Of a stretch of 33,106 nt of DNA, positions 32,504 to 33,106 are shown piece after piece. The first letter of the stretch is position 1, and each line of letters opens with the position of its first letter. This DNA comes from an uncultured Candidatus Saccharibacteria bacterium (GTDB lineage Bacteria; Patescibacteriota; Minisyncoccia; Phycocordibacterales; CAIRYW01), in assembly GCA_964500855.1 (NCBI GenBank), contig CAZCQK010000002.1, forward strand, positions 6,728 through 39,833, in the 5' to 3' direction. The position numbers were made by a program, and so were the translations under genes. The notes under the pieces are model-generated. The model was not told the DNA's origin and did not search any database. It saw only the letters and a program-made list of their open reading frames with translations.

Positions 32504-32974
32504 ATGCGAAGAAAAATAAAAAACAAGAAAGTAGTAAGACCGGATCTTAAGTTCCAGTCTGAGAAAGTAGCTAAGTTTACCAACTACCTTATGGAGAGCG
32601 GTAAGAGACGAGCAGCTACTAAGATTGTCTACGATGCGCTAGATGCTATTAAGGAGATTGCTCAGGTAGAGGATCCGCTAGAAGTATTTGAGCTTGCACT
32701 CAAGAACACAGGGCCACTTATGGAAGTAAGAAGCCGAAGAGTAGGTGGTGCTAACTACCAGGTACCTCGAGAGGTAAGAGCAGAGAGAAGGAACTTCCTT
32801 TCTATGATGTGGATTATCCAAGCTGCTAGAAGCAAGAAGGGTAAGCCAATGCACATGAAGCTTGCTGAGGAGATAATCGGAGCATCTAAAAACGAAGGAG
32901 AGGCAGTCAAGAAAAGAGAGAACACTCACAAGATGGCAGAAGCAAACAAGGCCTTCGCCCACTTTGCTTGGTAA
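32504..32974 (+). CDS. rpsG: 30S ribosomal protein S7
   Basis: Conserved S7 core EVRSRRVGGANYQVPREV and C-terminus AFAHFAW. 156 aa. Confidence 0.92.
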   Translation: MRRKIKNKKVVRPDLKFQSEKVAKFTNYLMESGKRRAATKIVYDALDAIKEIAQVEDPLEVFELALKNTGPLMEVRSRRVGGANYQVPREVRAERRNFLSMMWIIQAARSKKGKPMHMKLAEEIIGASKNEGEAVKKRENTHKMAEANKAFAHFAW

Positions 32975-32995
32975 TATTTCAAACTATACTCAATC

Positions 32996-33030
32996 AAAAA
33001 CAGCGCCCTTTGGCGCTGTTTTGTGTTTTC
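32996..33030 (+). terminator. Terminator after rpsG
   Basis: cagcgcc (33001-33007) cttt ggcgctg (33012-33018), extended by A/T pairs, then ttttgtgtttt. Confidence 0.7.
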
Positions 33031-33051
33031 GGAAATTGTTTATGTTGTTAC

Positions 33052-33078
33052 AAAAAAGGCCGGAGAGTGAATCCGGTC
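33052..33078 (-). terminator. Terminator of a minus-strand gene lying beyond the right edge of the window
   Basis: Stem ccgga/tccgg (33060-33064 / 33072-33076). tttttt follows on the minus strand (complement of 33052-33057). Confidence 0.4.
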
Positions 33079-33106
33079 TTACGCTTTGACAGGCTCCAAC
33101 AGTGTC

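Noticed and set aside
1345-32962. Many 60-160-aa ORFs in the track lie antisense to, or out of frame within, recognised genes. Examples: 1345..1575, 2356..2649, 2977..3459, 3963..4260, 5141..5567, 6533..7396, 9432..9709, 11547..11912, 12366..12925, 13692..14688, 15533..15730, 18926..19719, 19770..20387, 20475..20786, 23005..23292, 23914..24276, 25817..26014, 26559..26978, 27303..27656, 29169..29800, 30054..30431, 32678..32962.
   Set aside because: Each is fully embedded in a longer ORF with clear family motifs. They show low-complexity or Ser/Leu-rich shadow-frame composition and have no independent start context.
1-33106. The 8-mer ACTGTTGG sits at positions 1-8, and its reverse complement at 33096-33103 (3 nt from the right end). 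A third copy lies inside the 21963-22003 hairpin. I considered terminal inverted repeats of a mobile or linear element.
   Set aside because: Eight bp is too short to be convincing. The right copy is offset from the end. The flanks show no transposase or other element features, and the window edges are probably arbitrary cut points.
1-33106. I searched by eye for CRISPR arrays, rRNA/tRNA genes, integrases, transposases, toxin-antitoxin pairs and known defence-system signatures.
   Set aside because: No regularly spaced direct repeats, no rRNA/tRNA-like conserved blocks and no recombinase or nuclease-NTPase defence motifs were seen. The only tandem repeats are the in-frame 141-bp units and the short AT-rich motifs already reported.

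Overview
The window is AT-rich (about 40% G+C on sampled lines), compact and gene-dense. It looks like chromosomal DNA from a small-genome bacterium. Assignment to a Patescibacteria/CPR-like organism is my inference, based on TrmB-type regulators, a trigger factor without a PPIase domain, type IV pilus (T4P) and ComEC genes, and very few Shine-Dalgarno boxes. I found no rRNA, tRNA, CRISPR array, transposase or integrase. Housekeeping genes present: def, rsmE, tig, ppa, nusA, tpiA, pgk, a HIT protein, recJ, rnhA, a Fe/Mn superoxide dismutase, a PfkB kinase, a HAD hydrolase, rpmB, an M50 protease, rpsL and rpsG. The accessory core is an 11.6-kb plus-strand block (7856..19478). It starts with a three-gene surface module: a 742-aa CARDB-like protein with two transmembrane (TM) segments, a TM-anchored TPR protein, and a 641-aa cysteine-rich repeat protein. 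A hairpin separates this module from a T4P operon containing pilB, pilC, three prepilin-like genes and a 612-aa PilX-like protein. The two large surface proteins share a C-terminal domain of about 100 aa that I do not recognise; it ends in CRLNxKxxE[IF]N. This is my best candidate for an undescribed host-attachment or pilus-cargo system. Other points worth a second look: (1) a recurring -10 box 6-8 nt upstream of ATG at about 13 gene starts, suggesting leaderless mRNAs; (2) a 41-bp perfect palindrome plus an attenuator-like terminator in the nusA leader; (3) a roughly 255-nt intergenic region with long-range helices, possibly a structured RNA; (4) two TGTCA-N10-TGACA operators between a TrmB regulator and a sugar kinase; (5) a comEC split by an oppositely oriented sod gene; (6) several small islands of higher G+C, one carrying codon-registered ORFs on both strands. 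Product calls come from motifs I recognise in the supplied translations. No database search was run.
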